Shown here in pieces: positions 18,753 to 29,411 of a DNA stretch of 64,000 nucleotides. Below the pieces are notes generated by a model. That model was given only the letters and a program-made list of their open reading frames with translations, was not told where the DNA came from and did no database searches. Both the position numbers and the translations under genes were made by a program. Within the stretch, counting starts at the first letter, position 1. Each line of letters opens with the position of its first letter. This DNA is from an uncultured Nitrospiraceae bacterium (GTDB lineage: Bacteria; Nitrospirota; Nitrospiria; Nitrospirales; Nitrospiraceae): contig CAVSTP010000001.1 in NCBI GenBank assembly GCA_963730935.1, positions 96,001 to 160,000 of the forward strand, written 5' to 3'.

Positions 18753-20003
18753 TTACCCACTGAGTGTGTTGAGCCGTCGCTCCAGAAACCGTCGTTCCGG
18801 CTCCAGACGAGCGAGGGCGAGCGCCCGTTCGTAGGCATGTCGGGCCTCCTGAGTTCGTCCCAATCGACGGCAGAGTTCGGCGCGGGCCGAATGAGCCAGG
18901 TGGTATTCCGTCAATTCACCACGATTCAAGATGGCCTCGATGAGGTGAAGTCCCGCGAGAGGACCGTCGCGCATGGCCACCGCAACAGCCCGATTCAACT
19001 CCACCACCGTCGATGGGTCCACGCGCAGCAACACATCATATAAACCGACGATCTGAGCCCAATCCGTGTTGGCCGAGTCAGGGGCTTCGGCATGGACTGC
19101 AGCGATTGCCGCCTGGAGGGTATAGGCTCCGAAGCGCCCTGACGACAGCGCCTGCTCGACCAAGGCGATCCCTTCGGCGATCTGACCACGATGCCACAGC
19201 GCGCGGTCCTGATCTTCCAGGAGAATGAGGTCTCCGTCGGACGACGTGCGCGCGGCCCGCCGCGATTCCTGCAACAGCATCAGCGCAAGTAAGCCGGTCG
19301 CTTCCGCGTCCGGCAGCAAGTTCAGCAACAGGCGGCCGAGACGGAGCGCTTCACCCGAGAGGTCCGCCCGCGTCAGGGATTCCCCCGATGACGCTGAATA
19401 TCCTTCGTTGAACACCAGATAGATGACCCGCAGCACGGCATCCAGCCGGGCCGGCAGGTCCGAGGGAACGGGAACTTCGTACGGGATGCGCGCGTCGCGA
19501 ATCTTGGATTTTGCGCGCACGATCCGTTGGGCGATGGTCGCAGGCTTCGTGAGAAAAGCGCGCGCGATTTCCTCGGTCGTCAGGCCGCAAACTTCCCGCA
19601 ACGTCATAGGGATCTGGGCTTCCGGAGCCAGCGCCGGATGGCAACAGGTAAAGATCAACCGTAAGCGGTCGTCATCAATATCGTGATCCTCGGGCTCGAG
19701 CGGCTCTTCAGCTGCGACATCCACTTCCTTGGCAAATTCAGTCAGCGTCTCGTCGTAGCGTGCGCGTCGCCGCATGGAATCGATCGCTTTGAACCGGCCA
19801 GCCGATACGAGCCATGCACGTGGATTCGCGGGCACGCCTTCACGGGACCACTGTTCCAAGGCGGCCGCGAAAGCCTCGTGCAGCGCTTCCTCGGCGAGGT
19901 CGAAATCGCGCAAGAGCCGGATTAACGTAGCCAGGACACGGCGGGACTCCGTCCGGTACACCTCGTCAACCTGGGCTCGCACGTTATCGCCAGTGTGTGT
20001 CAT
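18753..20003 (-). CDS. ECF sigma factor with C-terminal TPR-like extension (ECF42-type)
   Basis: [55 protein letters not shown]; flanked by DGPF genes. Confidence 0.92.
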   Translation of the reverse strand: MTHTGDNVRAQVDEVYRTESRRVLATLIRLLRDFDLAEEALHEAFAAALEQWSREGVPANPRAWLVSAGRFKAIDSMRRRARYDETLTEFAKEVDVAAEEPLEPEDHDIDDDRLRLIFTCCHPALAPEAQIPMTLREVCGLTTEEIARAFLTKPATIAQRIVRAKSKIRDARIPYEVPVPSDLPARLDAVLRVIYLVFNEGYSASSGESLTRADLSGEALRLGRLLLNLLPDAEATGLLALMLLQESRRAARTSSDGDLILLEDQDRALWHRGQIAEGIALVEQALSSGRFGAYTLQAAIAAVHAEAPDSANTDWAQIVGLYDVLLRVDPSTVVELNRAVAVAMRDGPLAGLHLIEAILNRGELTEYHLAHSARAELCRRLGRTQEARHAYERALALARLEPERRFLERRLNTLSG

Positions 20004-20101
20004 TGATGGATTCTCACCCTCCCGCTCACCGCCTGTCGGAACAGGCGTTTGGCCGATCTCACCCTCCTCCCCGAGCTGCCAAGCAGCTCCTTCCCGCAGC
20101 G

Positions 20102-20461
20102 TCATTCGGCGCAGCCGAGTTCCTTCATCGGCCGTACTTCAATACTTCCAAGGCGGGCGCCGGGAAAATGAGCGGCGATTCGGATCGCGTCGTTTAGGTC
20201 TCGGACGTCGATGGCGAGAAATCCGCCCAGCTGTTCTTTGGTTTCAGCAAAGGGTCCGTCGGTTGTCGAGGTTTTCCCGCTCCGGACTCTGACGGTTGTG
20301 GCAGTTTCAACCGGATGGAGCGGCGATGCGGCGATGAGCTGTCCGTTTTTCTGCAGGTCATTACAGAAGGCCATAGATTCGTCAGAGAGCGATTGTCGCT
20401 CGGGCTTGGGAAGCGCGTTGAGCACGTGCTCTTCGATGTAGACAAGGCAAAGGTATTTCAT
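20102..20461 (-). CDS. YciI/DGPF family protein
   Basis: [30 protein letters not shown]. Confidence 0.92.
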   Translation of the reverse strand: MKYLCLVYIEEHVLNALPKPERQSLSDESMAFCNDLQKNGQLIAASPLHPVETATTVRVRSGKTSTTDGPFAETKEQLGGFLAIDVRDLNDAIRIAAHFPGARLGSIEVRPMKELGCAE

Positions 20462-20511
20462 GATTGGCTCCTTGGTTTGGGGTGGCAGGTGTGTGTGCCT
20501 GACACGAAGTA

Positions 20512-20537
20512 GTCGTTTTCTGCCGACGAAATCGACA
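20512..20537 (-). promoter_or_regulatory. ECF42-type promoter (copy 1; probably autoregulatory)
   Basis: Minus strand TGTCGATTTC-GTCGGCAGAAAA-CGAC, about 51 nt upstream of ATG 20461. Confidence 0.8.
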
Positions 20538-20657
20538 GCATCGATGCCACGGTGCCAGAAAAGAGCCAAGCACCGTTCTACGGCTGTCTCTGTAAGCCTG
20601 CCGCTGGCTTGACAATCTTCCCCATTCCTTTCATTCTTCGCCACCCCCTACTGCGGA

Positions 20658-23600
20658 GTGACTGTGACCTTCTCGACGGCACTTCGTTCGTTTTTTGTCC
20701 ACCCGCTCCCTCCACTTGCAGGCCTTCTGTCGCTTGAAGTGGGTAGTCTCGTCCTCTTTGGCTGGGCTGTCGACCGTTCCGACCTCAAGAGTCTTGCTCC
20801 CGGTTTAATTTCAATGATGCCGAATACGGCGGTGGCCTTCATGCTGATCGGCATCGCGTTGTTGTGCGCCTCCATTAAACCCGGATCAAGGATTCTTCGG
20901 CTGGCGGCCGGTGGATCCGCTGCCGTTACTGCCAGCGTGGGTCTTACGACCGGCCTTGAGTACTTGCTGGGACTGAACTTCGGAATCGATCAATGGCTTT
21001 TTCATGAGCCGCTAGAGACTGTCGGTCCTTGGATCCCCGGCCGCATGGGCATCAACACTGCCGCCTGCTTTCTCCTTCTCGGCGTCGCTCTTCTTCTTAA
21101 GGTCGGCGCCTTTGCTCGTTCTGAGGCGCTGCCGGACGGCTGTACGTTGGGTGCCATGCTGTTGGCGTTCATGGCGTTTCTTGGCTATCTCTATCGCGAG
21201 CAATTCCTGTATGGCGCCGGCCAGTATACGCCGATGGCCCTGCACACTGCGCTCACGCTATTGCTCGTCTGCGCCGGCACCCTGGCTCTGCATCCTGGGA
21301 GCGGGATCATGGGGGTCCTGACCAGCGATCAGCCGGGCGGCTACATGCTCAGACGGTTACTGCCCGTGGTGCTGCTCGTCCTTCCCGTTCTCGGCTGGAT
21401 CCGGTTGTATGGCGAACGCCAAGGTTTTTACGGCGCCGCGATGGGCGTCGCAATTTTTGCCACCGGAGCCATCGTCACGCTAGCCGGCCTGTTGAGCTGG
21501 ACCGCACGTTCGGTCAATAAGACGGATCAGGCGCGCCGGCAAAGTGACAGGCTGTTTGCCGCCTTCATGAACAACCTCCCGGCGCTGGCATGGATCAAGG
21601 ATGTGCAGGGACGGTACCTCTATCACAACGAAGCCTTTACCAAGGCGTTCGGCGTGAACTTCGAACAGTGGAGGTACAAGGCGGATCGTGACGTGCTGCC
21701 GGCTTCCACGGCCATGCAGTTCGAAGCCAACGATGCGCGAGTGATCGAGACCCATAAGGCCGTGGTGACGGTCGAAACAGCCCCATACGCAGACGGCGTG
21801 CACGAACGTCTCGTGAGCAAGTTCCCGATCATCGACGAAACAGGCCATCTCGACCTGCTCGGAGGCGTTGCCGTGGATCTCACGGACCGGAAGAGGATCG
21901 AGACGGCGTTGCGCGAAAGCGAGGAGCGATTCCGGGAGGTGACTGAGCATATCCAAGAGGTGTTCTGGCTGAGCGACACGCTCAAAAACGAGGTCCTCTA
22001 CGTCAGTCCTGCCTACGAATCGATTTGGGGACGATCCTGCGAAAGCTTGTACCGCTTCCCGCGATCCTGGCTCGAGGCGATACATTCGGAGGACCGTGAA
22101 CGGGTCCTGCAAGCCGCCTTGACCAAACAGGTGGTAGGGACCTACGACGAGGAATATCGCATCGTGAGGCCCGACGGTTCAGTGCGGTGGATACGGGATC
22201 GGGCGTTTCCGATCCACGACAGTGCCGGGGCGGTGTGGCGCATCGCCGGCGTTGCCGACGATATTACCGACCGCAAGAAAACCGAGGAGGAGCTGGAGCG
22301 GATTCGTCATGAGCTCGAGCGTCGTGTAGACGAACGCACCACTGCGCTCCAAGCCAGTCAAGAGCGCTTGGAGATGGCGTTTCACGGTGCAGGGCTCGCC
22401 TCGTGGGACTGGGACATCGAGACCGGAGAGTTTTCGTTCAACGAGCGTTGGGCACAGTTGCGGGGATTCGGCGTGCTGGAACCGGCGCCCCATATCTCGT
22501 CCTGTATGGAGGGCATTCATCCGGACGATCGGTCTTTGGTCGAGTGGAATCTGAAGACCTGTCTCGCGGGGCAGACCCCCGAATTTGAAGCCGAGATGCG
22601 CGTCCGCACCAAGGCAAACGAGTGGACATGGATTCTGAATCGCGGACGGGTGATCGAACGCGACGAGCAGGGGGCGCCGGTCCGTATGGCCGGCATCGAG
22701 ATCGATATCACCGCCAGGAAGCGCACGGAAGAGGCCTTGCGTGAAAGCGAGGCACGGTACAGCTCACTTGTGTCGCAGGCCACCGACATTATTTATACCG
22801 CCGGCGTTGACGGCCGGTTCACGTTCGTCAATGCCGCCGCCTGCGTCATGATGGGGTATGAAGAGCCGGAACTGCTGGGTAAGCATTACCTCGAGTTGAT
22901 CCGTGAGGATGTCCGCGCGAAGGCTCAGCAGTTCTACAAGGATCAGCTGCTGGCTCGGATTCCCAGCACGTACTATGAATTTCCCGCCATGACCAAGGGC
23001 GGCCAAGAAGTGTGGTTCGGTCAGCACGTCCGGCTGCGCCTTGTGGAGGGCCGCATGGTTGGCGTGGAGGCCATCGCTCGCGACATCACGGCCCGAAAGG
23101 TGGCGGAACAGGCGTTGAAAGAGCGCGCGAAGTGCGCGGCATTCGCCGCGGAAGTCAGTCTGATCTTAAACCACGACGAGCCGCTCGACGGCTTGCTGCA
23201 GCGCTGTACGGATGCCGCGGTGGAGCACCTGGGGGCGGCCTTCACGCGTGTGTGGCTGCTCAAGCCTGGTGATCTCTGTGCCGACTGCCACAAGGCGTCC
23301 TGGTGTCGTGACCGGACCGTTTGTCTCCATCTGCACGCCAGCTCCGGTCTCTCAACCAATCTGAACGGGGAATATCGCCGTGTGCCGTTGGGCGCGCTGA
23401 AAATCGGCCGCATTGCCGAAGGCGAAGGCTCGCTCTTCACCAATGACATCCTCAGCGACGATCGGTTGCCCAACAAGGCTTGGATGCGCGAGCACGGTCT
23501 CCAGTCTTTTGCGGGCTGTGCTTTGATGGTGGAAAACCAGGTCTTCGGCGTCCTCGGTCTGTTCAGTCGTGACACCATTTCGGAACCCATGCGTCAAACC

Positions 23601-24764
23601 ATCGAATCGGTCTGCAATGGTCTGGCGGCTTCGATCGCGCGCAGGGAGGCCGTGGACGCCTTGCAGGCCAGTGAAATGCGGACACGCGCCATCGTTGAAT
23701 CCGCCTTGGACGCGGTGGTGACGATGGACGAACGGGGAGTCATCACCGGATGGAATTCGCAGGCAGAGACGATGTTCGGCTATCAAGAACAGGAGATCGG
23801 CGGGAGGTTGCTAAGTGAGACGATCCTGCCGCAGCGCTATCGCGAGGCGCATACCACCGGTCTGCAGCGGTTCCTGTCCTCCGGCCATGGTCCCATTCTC
23901 AACCGGCGGGTGGAGCTTTCCGCCCTACACAAAGACGGACGGGAGTTCCCGATTGAATTGTCCGTCACCGCCCTGGCCATCGAAGGCCGCAAGGTCTTCA
24001 GCGCGTTTCTTCGCGATATCAGCGAGCGGAAGCAGGCTGAACGGGCGTTGAAAGAGACCTACGAGCAGCTCAAGGACCTGACGCGGCGATTGACCGAAGC
24101 CGAAGAAATCGAACGCAAACGGCTGGCGCGGGAGCTCCACGACGAGTTCGGCCAGGCGCTTACCGGCCTGAAATTTGATGTTGCCTGGTTGACAAAGGAA
24201 TTGTCCCGGTCGATCAAAGGAACGGGGGCTGCCGCGATGAAGTCGAAGGCGATCGGCATGTCCCAGGCCATCGACGGCTTGATACAATCTGTGCGAGCCA
24301 CGGCGGCCTCGTTGCGACCAGGCGTGCTCGACGACTTGGGGCTTGTCGCCGCCTTAGAGTGGCTCGCCACATCGTTCCAAGAACGCACGGGGCTCCCCTG
24401 CGAATTCACCATCGAGCCGTCCCTTCGTGACGCGCCGGTGGACGTGGCACTGGCAACCACCGTGTTTCGCGGCGCCCAGGAACTGATGACCAATGTGATG
24501 CGGCATGCTCACGCGTCAAAGGCGGAGATACGCCTAACGGTCGAGCATGACCAACTAATCTTGACCATTCGTGATGACGGCCGCGGATTGCGCCCGGAGC
24601 AATGGAAGGAAGGTCACTCATTCGGCCTGCGCGGTTTGCACGAGCGTGTCAAGTTGGTCGGCGGCGCCGTGAAAATCGTGAGTGCGCCGGACACGGGGAC
24701 AGCGGTGACCTTGTCGATGCCCATGAAACATGAGAATGAATCACTCGCCAAAGAGCACCGCTAA
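20658..24764 (+). CDS. Membrane-bound multi-PAS/GAF sensor histidine kinase (HisKA_3, NarX/UhpB type)
   Basis: N-terminal TM helices, several PAS repeats, a GAF domain, ERKRLARELHDEFGQ, QELMTNVMRHA, DDGRG. Confidence 0.92.
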   Translation: MTVTFSTALRSFFVHPLPPLAGLLSLEVGSLVLFGWAVDRSDLKSLAPGLISMMPNTAVAFMLIGIALLCASIKPGSRILRLAAGGSAAVTASVGLTTGLEYLLGLNFGIDQWLFHEPLETVGPWIPGRMGINTAACFLLLGVALLLKVGAFARSEALPDGCTLGAMLLAFMAFLGYLYREQFLYGAGQYTPMALHTALTLLLVCAGTLALHPGSGIMGVLTSDQPGGYMLRRLLPVVLLVLPVLGWIRLYGERQGFYGAAMGVAIFATGAIVTLAGLLSWTARSVNKTDQARRQSDRLFAAFMNNLPALAWIKDVQGRYLYHNEAFTKAFGVNFEQWRYKADRDVLPASTAMQFEANDARVIETHKAVVTVETAPYADGVHERLVSKFPIIDETGHLDLLGGVAVDLTDRKRIETALRESEERFREVTEHIQEVFWLSDTLKNEVLYVSPAYESIWGRSCESLYRFPRSWLEAIHSEDRERVLQAALTKQVVGTYDEEYRIVRPDGSVRWIRDRAFPIHDSAGAVWRIAGVADDITDRKKTEEELERIRHELERRVDERTTALQASQERLEMAFHGAGLASWDWDIETGEFSFNERWAQLRGFGVLEPAPHISSCMEGIHPDDRSLVEWNLKTCLAGQTPEFEAEMRVRTKANEWTWILNRGRVIERDEQGAPVRMAGIEIDITARKRTEEALRESEARYSSLVSQATDIIYTAGVDGRFTFVNAAACVMMGYEEPELLGKHYLELIREDVRAKAQQFYKDQLLARIPSTYYEFPAMTKGGQEVWFGQHVRLRLVEGRMVGVEAIARDITARKVAEQALKERAKCAAFAAEVSLILNHDEPLDGLLQRCTDAAVEHLGAAFTRVWLLKPGDLCADCHKASWCRDRTVCLHLHASSGLSTNLNGEYRRVPLGALKIGRIAEGEGSLFTNDILSDDRLPNKAWMREHGLQSFAGCALMVENQVFGVLGLFSRDTISEPMRQTIESVCNGLAASIARREAVDALQASEMRTRAIVESALDAVVTMDERGVITGWNSQAETMFGYQEQEIGGRLLSETILPQRYREAHTTGLQRFLSSGHGPILNRRVELSALHKDGREFPIELSVTALAIEGRKVFSAFLRDISERKQAERALKETYEQLKDLTRRLTEAEEIERKRLARELHDEFGQALTGLKFDVAWLTKELSRSIKGTGAAAMKSKAIGMSQAIDGLIQSVRATAASLRPGVLDDLGLVAALEWLATSFQERTGLPCEFTIEPSLRDAPVDVALATTVFRGAQELMTNVMRHAHASKAEIRLTVEHDQLILTIRDDGRGLRPEQWKEGHSFGLRGLHERVKLVGGAVKIVSAPDTGTAVTLSMPMKHENESLAKEHR

Positions 24765-24806
24765 ACGCGCTGGTCGTTGTCAACCTTCTGCCTTAACAAA
24801 AAGCTT

Positions 24807-24822
24807 GTAGGACGAGTCCTAC
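24807..24822. promoter_or_regulatory. 7-2-7 inverted repeat, candidate response-regulator binding site
   Basis: GTAGGAC-GA-GTCCTAC between the kinase and the regulator. Confidence 0.5.
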
Positions 24823-24910
24823 GCGTAAATTATGGTGTTTCCTTTCCCGTGAAATTTCGCTACAGTATCGGTCGAAACGCTCACCAATCGTGGCTAGCAC
24901 ATTACGCCCG

Positions 24911-25603
24911 ATGCTGTCGAATCAACCTGCCCATCCTTCGCAATCCCCAATCGAATCTCCTAGTCCTCAAGGCACAAAGCTGAAGATTCTTCTCGTCGAC
25001 GATCATGCGATCGTCCGAGTCGGACTCAAACAGATGCTGGCCGACGCGTTTGCGCAGCTTGAGGTCACCGAGGTAGGGACTGGTCAAGAGGCGGTGGCGA
25101 AGGCCCAGGAGGCTTCCTGGGATCTCGTGGTTCTCGACATCAATCTTCCCGATACGAACGGTCTTGACGTACTGAAGAAATTGAAAACGCTTCGGACGGA
25201 GCTGCCGGTCGTCGTGCTCAGTTTTCACCCAGAAGAGCAGTATGCCGTCAGGGCGCTGAAGAGCGGTGCCTCCGCGTACGTGACGAAGGATACCGCGCCG
25301 CAGGAATTGGCGACCGCGATCAAGACTGTCCTTGCGGGCCGTCAATACGTCACCGCGACGCTCGCCGAGCGGTTGGAAACGATGCCGCTGCACGCAGCCG
25401 GAAAGCCGTTGCATACGCTGCTCTCGGACCGCGAACTACAAGTGCTGTCGATGATCGGAGGAGGAAAGTCAGTGACAGAAATCGCGGTGGCGCTCGATCT
25501 GAGCGTCAAGACGGTCAGCACCTACCGCATGCGACTGCTGTCGAAACTGCAGTTGAAGACCACGTCCGCGCTGATCCGGTACGCGCTCACTCACCACCTG
25601 TAA
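24911..25603 (+). CDS. NarL/LuxR family response regulator
   Basis: KILLVDDHAIVR, LDINLPD..G, LSDRELQVL, LSVKTVSTYR; start uncertain. Confidence 0.93.
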   Translation: MLSNQPAHPSQSPIESPSPQGTKLKILLVDDHAIVRVGLKQMLADAFAQLEVTEVGTGQEAVAKAQEASWDLVVLDINLPDTNGLDVLKKLKTLRTELPVVVLSFHPEEQYAVRALKSGASAYVTKDTAPQELATAIKTVLAGRQYVTATLAERLETMPLHAAGKPLHTLLSDRELQVLSMIGGGKSVTEIAVALDLSVKTVSTYRMRLLSKLQLKTTSALIRYALTHHL

Positions 25604-25792
25604 CGAATTTCACATCTGAAATTTCAGATCCGCGAGAAACCTCGCTGTAGCCACGCTGGCTTTGGTGCCCCCCATTTGAGATTTGACATCTGAGATCTTC
25701 TCGGCCGGTTGCATCCCGCGGATTCGGACGGTACAGTGATCATCGGCGATTGCCACGATGCCTGTGCCGATCCAGTCGATCTGGGAGGGAAG

Positions 25793-26428
25793 GTGGTCAC
25801 ACCCAATAAGCGGCTTCTGGCGGGACTCCTGCTATGGTACGTCGTGCTCTCTCTCTGGACGGCGTACGAGCCGGCCGACCGGCAGTTCTGGCTACTTTCC
25901 AGCATCCTGCCCGGCCTTTTGGTGCTTGTGCTCGTGGGAACCCATCGGTACTTGCCTCTGTCACCTGCCTCTTACGTCTTGATCACTATGTTTCTGAGCC
26001 TGCATACGATCGGCGTGCGGTACACGTACGCGGAGGTTCCTGCAGGAGCGTGGTTGGAGTATGCTGTGCCGCTCGGGCGAAATCAGTATGATCGCATCGT
26101 CCACTTTTGTTTCGGCTTTCTCCTGACCTATCCCATCGAGGAGTTGTTCCGGCTGACCGTGCCGCTTCGCGGCTGGCTCCTCTACTATCTTCCTGTCATG
26201 ACGGTCCTAGGCCTCAGCGGTCTCTGGGAAATCATCGAATCGTGGGTGGCCCGAATGGTCCATCCGGAACTCGGCATCACCTACCTGGGGTCTCAGGGAG
26301 ACGTGTGGGATGCGCAAAAAGACATGGCCGCTGCACTGTACGGGGCGCTGCTCTGCGTGGGACTGCTGCTCCTGTACCGGAGACCTCGCCTTGGATTCTC
26401 ACGCTCGGTCGCCGATTCGCCGCGTTGA
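25793..26428 (+). CDS. DUF2238 (YjdF-like) membrane protein, copy 1
   Basis: LHTIG.RYTYAEVP, RNQYDRIVHF.FG, WEIIE, YLGSQGDVWDAQKDM. Confidence 0.88.
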   Translation: MVTPNKRLLAGLLLWYVVLSLWTAYEPADRQFWLLSSILPGLLVLVLVGTHRYLPLSPASYVLITMFLSLHTIGVRYTYAEVPAGAWLEYAVPLGRNQYDRIVHFCFGFLLTYPIEELFRLTVPLRGWLLYYLPVMTVLGLSGLWEIIESWVARMVHPELGITYLGSQGDVWDAQKDMAAALYGALLCVGLLLLYRRPRLGFSRSVADSPR

Positions 26429-26440
26429 GCCCCATCGGGA

Positions 26441-27067
26441 TTGGATGTGACGAAGACCAAGCTGCTCCTGGGGCTGTTGGCGTGGTACGGTCTACTGTGG
26501 ACCGTGCTCGCCATTGCGCCGCGCGATCGGCAGGATTGGCTGCTCGAAAATCTTCTGGCGGTCGCCGCCGTCGTCACGCTCGTCGCCACGTACCGCCGGT
26601 TTCAATTCTCGACGCCGTCGTATCTTCTGATTACAATCTTCCTCAGTCTCCATGCCGTAGGCGCACACTATACCTATGCGGAAGTCCCGTTCGGCTTTTG
26701 GCTGCAGCAGGTGTTCGGGCTCTCGCGCAATCCGTTCGATCGGTTGGTCCACTTCGCCTACGGATTGCTGCTGGCCTATCCCTTGCGAGAGATTTTGATC
26801 CGGCTGGCCGGCGCGCGGGGCCTTTGGTCATATTATCTTCCGGTCAGCGGCATGCTCGCTCAAAGCGGATTCTTCGAAATTGTGGAGGCGGTCGTCGCCC
26901 AGATCGTGAACCCGGAGTTGGGCGCTGCCTATCTCGGGACGCAAGGGGACGAATGGGATGCCCAGAAGGACATGATCGCTGCCTTTTCCGGCGCGCTGCT
27001 GTGCATGGCGCTGGTAGCGATTTCAGCGCGCGCCGGATGGAATGGCGATTTCAGATCAAAGAGATGA
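26441..27067 (+). CDS. DUF2238 (YjdF-like) membrane protein, copy 2
   Basis: DWLLEN, LHAVGAHYTYAEVP, RNPFDRLVHF, YLGTQGDEWDAQKDM. Confidence 0.9.
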   Translation: MDVTKTKLLLGLLAWYGLLWTVLAIAPRDRQDWLLENLLAVAAVVTLVATYRRFQFSTPSYLLITIFLSLHAVGAHYTYAEVPFGFWLQQVFGLSRNPFDRLVHFAYGLLLAYPLREILIRLAGARGLWSYYLPVSGMLAQSGFFEIVEAVVAQIVNPELGAAYLGTQGDEWDAQKDMIAAFSGALLCMALVAISARAGWNGDFRSKR

Positions 27068-27112
27068 GAAGGGCCGGCCCGCTAAACAGTGCCGGCCCCA
27101 ATGCCGGCCAGC

Positions 27113-27790
27113 TTACTTTTTTGCGATTTCGAGCAGTTCCACTTCAAACAGCAACGTCGCACCAGGCTTGATCGTCGGCGGTGAGCCGCGATCGCCATAG
27201 GCAATGGCCGACGGGCACACCAGTTTGCTCTTCCCGCCGACCTTCATGAGCTGCAGGCCTTCTGTCCAACACTTGATGACCTGATTGAGCGGGAAGGTGG
27301 CCGGTTCGCCACGTTTGACGGAGCTGTCGAACACGGTGCCGTCGATGAGGGTGCCGTGGTAATGCACTTTGACGGTATCGGTGGCCTTCGGCTGCTCACC
27401 CTTGCCTTCTTTAATGGTGGTCACGATCGCGCCGGATTCGGTTTTCTTGGCGCCAGGCTCGGCTGCCGCCTTGGTGACGAATGCCGTCCCTGCTTTCTTC
27501 TCAACGTCGGCCTGTGCTGCCGCCCGCGTTTGCTGAACTTGATTGACCTTGGGCCCATAGGTCTGGAGCTCTACCTTCGGGGTCTTCTTGAGGACGCCGT
27601 CGGTCATGCCGGCTCTCACGAAATCCAGTTCGGACTCAGTGAGCGAAAACGGCGCGAGGGATTGGCTGATGATCAAGCCAAGGGCATACATGGTTTTCTG
27701 ATCGTCGGTGGAGGGATCGGCCGCGCCGGCGGTCCCCGCCGACGTACCGTTCAGCAGAACGATCATCATGAAGATTGTCGCGATGCGCAT
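27113..27790 (-). CDS. FKBP-type peptidyl-prolyl isomerase (Mip/FkpA-like), secreted
   Basis: [47 protein letters not shown]. Confidence 0.94.
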   Translation of the reverse strand: MRIATIFMMIVLLNGTSAGTAGAADPSTDDQKTMYALGLIISQSLAPFSLTESELDFVRAGMTDGVLKKTPKVELQTYGPKVNQVQQTRAAAQADVEKKAGTAFVTKAAAEPGAKKTESGAIVTTIKEGKGEQPKATDTVKVHYHGTLIDGTVFDSSVKRGEPATFPLNQVIKCWTEGLQLMKVGGKSKLVCPSAIAYGDRGSPPTIKPGATLLFEVELLEIAKK

Positions 27791-27955
27791 GCAAACATCC
27801 TTTCTGCTAGGAGGATTTCAAAGGGCGACTCCGTGCCCTCTTCGTACAGTAAGCCATCCGAGATGGCGGGCTCAAGACAATTATTCACTGGTTGCGCGTT
27901 TGCCCGTGCAACGGTACACTGCGCTCCCAGCATCATTCCACACATTGACTCCTGA

Positions 27956-29374
27956 ATGGTTCTGACCTTCGTCATTCTCTATCTGCTGATCTCTGTCGGC
28001 ATCGGCCTTCTTGCGGCGACACGCGTGCACAGCGCCAAGGACTTCGCAGTGGCCGGACGGAGCCTTCCGGTTCCTATTGTCATGGCGACGGTATTCGCGA
28101 CATGGTTCGGCGCCGAAGCAGTGATGGGGATTTCGGCGACCTTTGCCAAAGAAGGCCTGCGTGGCGTGGTTGCCGATCCGTTCGGATCGAGTCTTTGTCT
28201 CGTCCTTGTCGGACTGTTCTTCGCGCCGCGCTTTTACCGGCTCAACCTATGGACGGTTGGCGACTATTACCGGGTCCGCTACGACCGCCGGGTGGAAGTG
28301 CTGTGCACGCTGTGCATTGTCGCGTCGTATCTCGGATGGGTGGCGGCGCAGTTCAAAGTCCTCGGGCTTGTCTTGAACGTCGTCACCCAGGGGGCAGTGA
28401 GTCAATCAGTCGGGATGATGATCGGGGCCGTGATCGTACTGACCTATACGACGTTCGGCGGTATGTTTTCCGTCGCGATTCTCGATTTTGTCCAGCTCTC
28501 GGTCATCGTCGGCGGACTCCTGTATATCGCCAGCGTTTTGAGCGATGCGACGGGCGGCGTCGGGGCGGTGCTCAGCCATGCAAGAGACGCGGGGAGGCTC
28601 GAGTTCTTTCCTCCCCCCTCGCTGAAGGCCTGGATTCCCTTCGTCGGCGCCGGGGTGACCATGATGTTGGGGTCCATCCCACAGCAAGACGTCTTTCAGC
28701 GCATCACCAGCGCCAAGGACGAACAGACTGCCGTCCGCGGTTCGCTCTTGGGGGCTGCGCTGTACTTCGTCTTTTGCTTCGTGCCGATGTTCATCGCCTA
28801 TTCGGCGTTGATCATCGATCCTGTGAAATTTGGATCCTTGCTCGAAAGTGACGCTCAGCTGGTCTTGCCGACCTTGATCGTCGAACACACACCGTTGCTC
28901 GCGCAGGTGATGTTTTTCGGCGCGGTGCTCTCGGCCGTGATGAGCTGTTCCAGCGCGACCCTGCTCGCACCGTCAGTTCTCCTCAGCGAGAACGTCATCC
29001 GTGGCGCGATCCCGCACATGGACGAAAAAGGACTGTTGACCACCATGCGGGTCGTGCTGATTGGCTTTGCCGCCGTCGTCCTGGCGATTGCGCTGACCTC
29101 CGAATCCAGCATTTACCGGTTGGTGGTCAATACCTACAAGGTGACGCTCGTCGCGGCATTTGTCCCGCTGTTTGCCGGTCTCTTTTGGAAACGGGCTACG
29201 ATACAGGGCGCGCTCTGTGCGATTGCCGCAGGGTTGGCGGCCTGGCTTGGAGCAGAATTCATGAGCACCGAGCAGACCGTGGTGCCCCCACAACTGGCCG
29301 GCCTCGCGGCGGCGGCGCTCGGCATGATCATCGGTTCGTACCTGTCCGAGCCTAGTGCTACACCACGGTCCTAG
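27956..29374 (+). CDS. Sodium:solute symporter family protein
   Basis: DFAVAGRSLP, FATWFG, GGMFSVA..D.VQ, GSIPQQDVFQR, SAVMS. Confidence 0.9.
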   Translation: MVLTFVILYLLISVGIGLLAATRVHSAKDFAVAGRSLPVPIVMATVFATWFGAEAVMGISATFAKEGLRGVVADPFGSSLCLVLVGLFFAPRFYRLNLWTVGDYYRVRYDRRVEVLCTLCIVASYLGWVAAQFKVLGLVLNVVTQGAVSQSVGMMIGAVIVLTYTTFGGMFSVAILDFVQLSVIVGGLLYIASVLSDATGGVGAVLSHARDAGRLEFFPPPSLKAWIPFVGAGVTMMLGSIPQQDVFQRITSAKDEQTAVRGSLLGAALYFVFCFVPMFIAYSALIIDPVKFGSLLESDAQLVLPTLIVEHTPLLAQVMFFGAVLSAVMSCSSATLLAPSVLLSENVIRGAIPHMDEKGLLTTMRVVLIGFAAVVLAIALTSESSIYRLVVNTYKVTLVAAFVPLFAGLFWKRATIQGALCAIAAGLAAWLGAEFMSTEQTVVPPQLAGLAAAALGMIIGSYLSEPSATPRS

Positions 29375-29411
29375 TTCCTCGGCGTGATCGCTTTCTCTCG
29401 CACACTGTCGT

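Noticed and set aside
23277..23291. CADCH as a c-type heme site
   Set aside because: It lies in a predicted cytoplasmic domain, out of reach of periplasmic heme lyases
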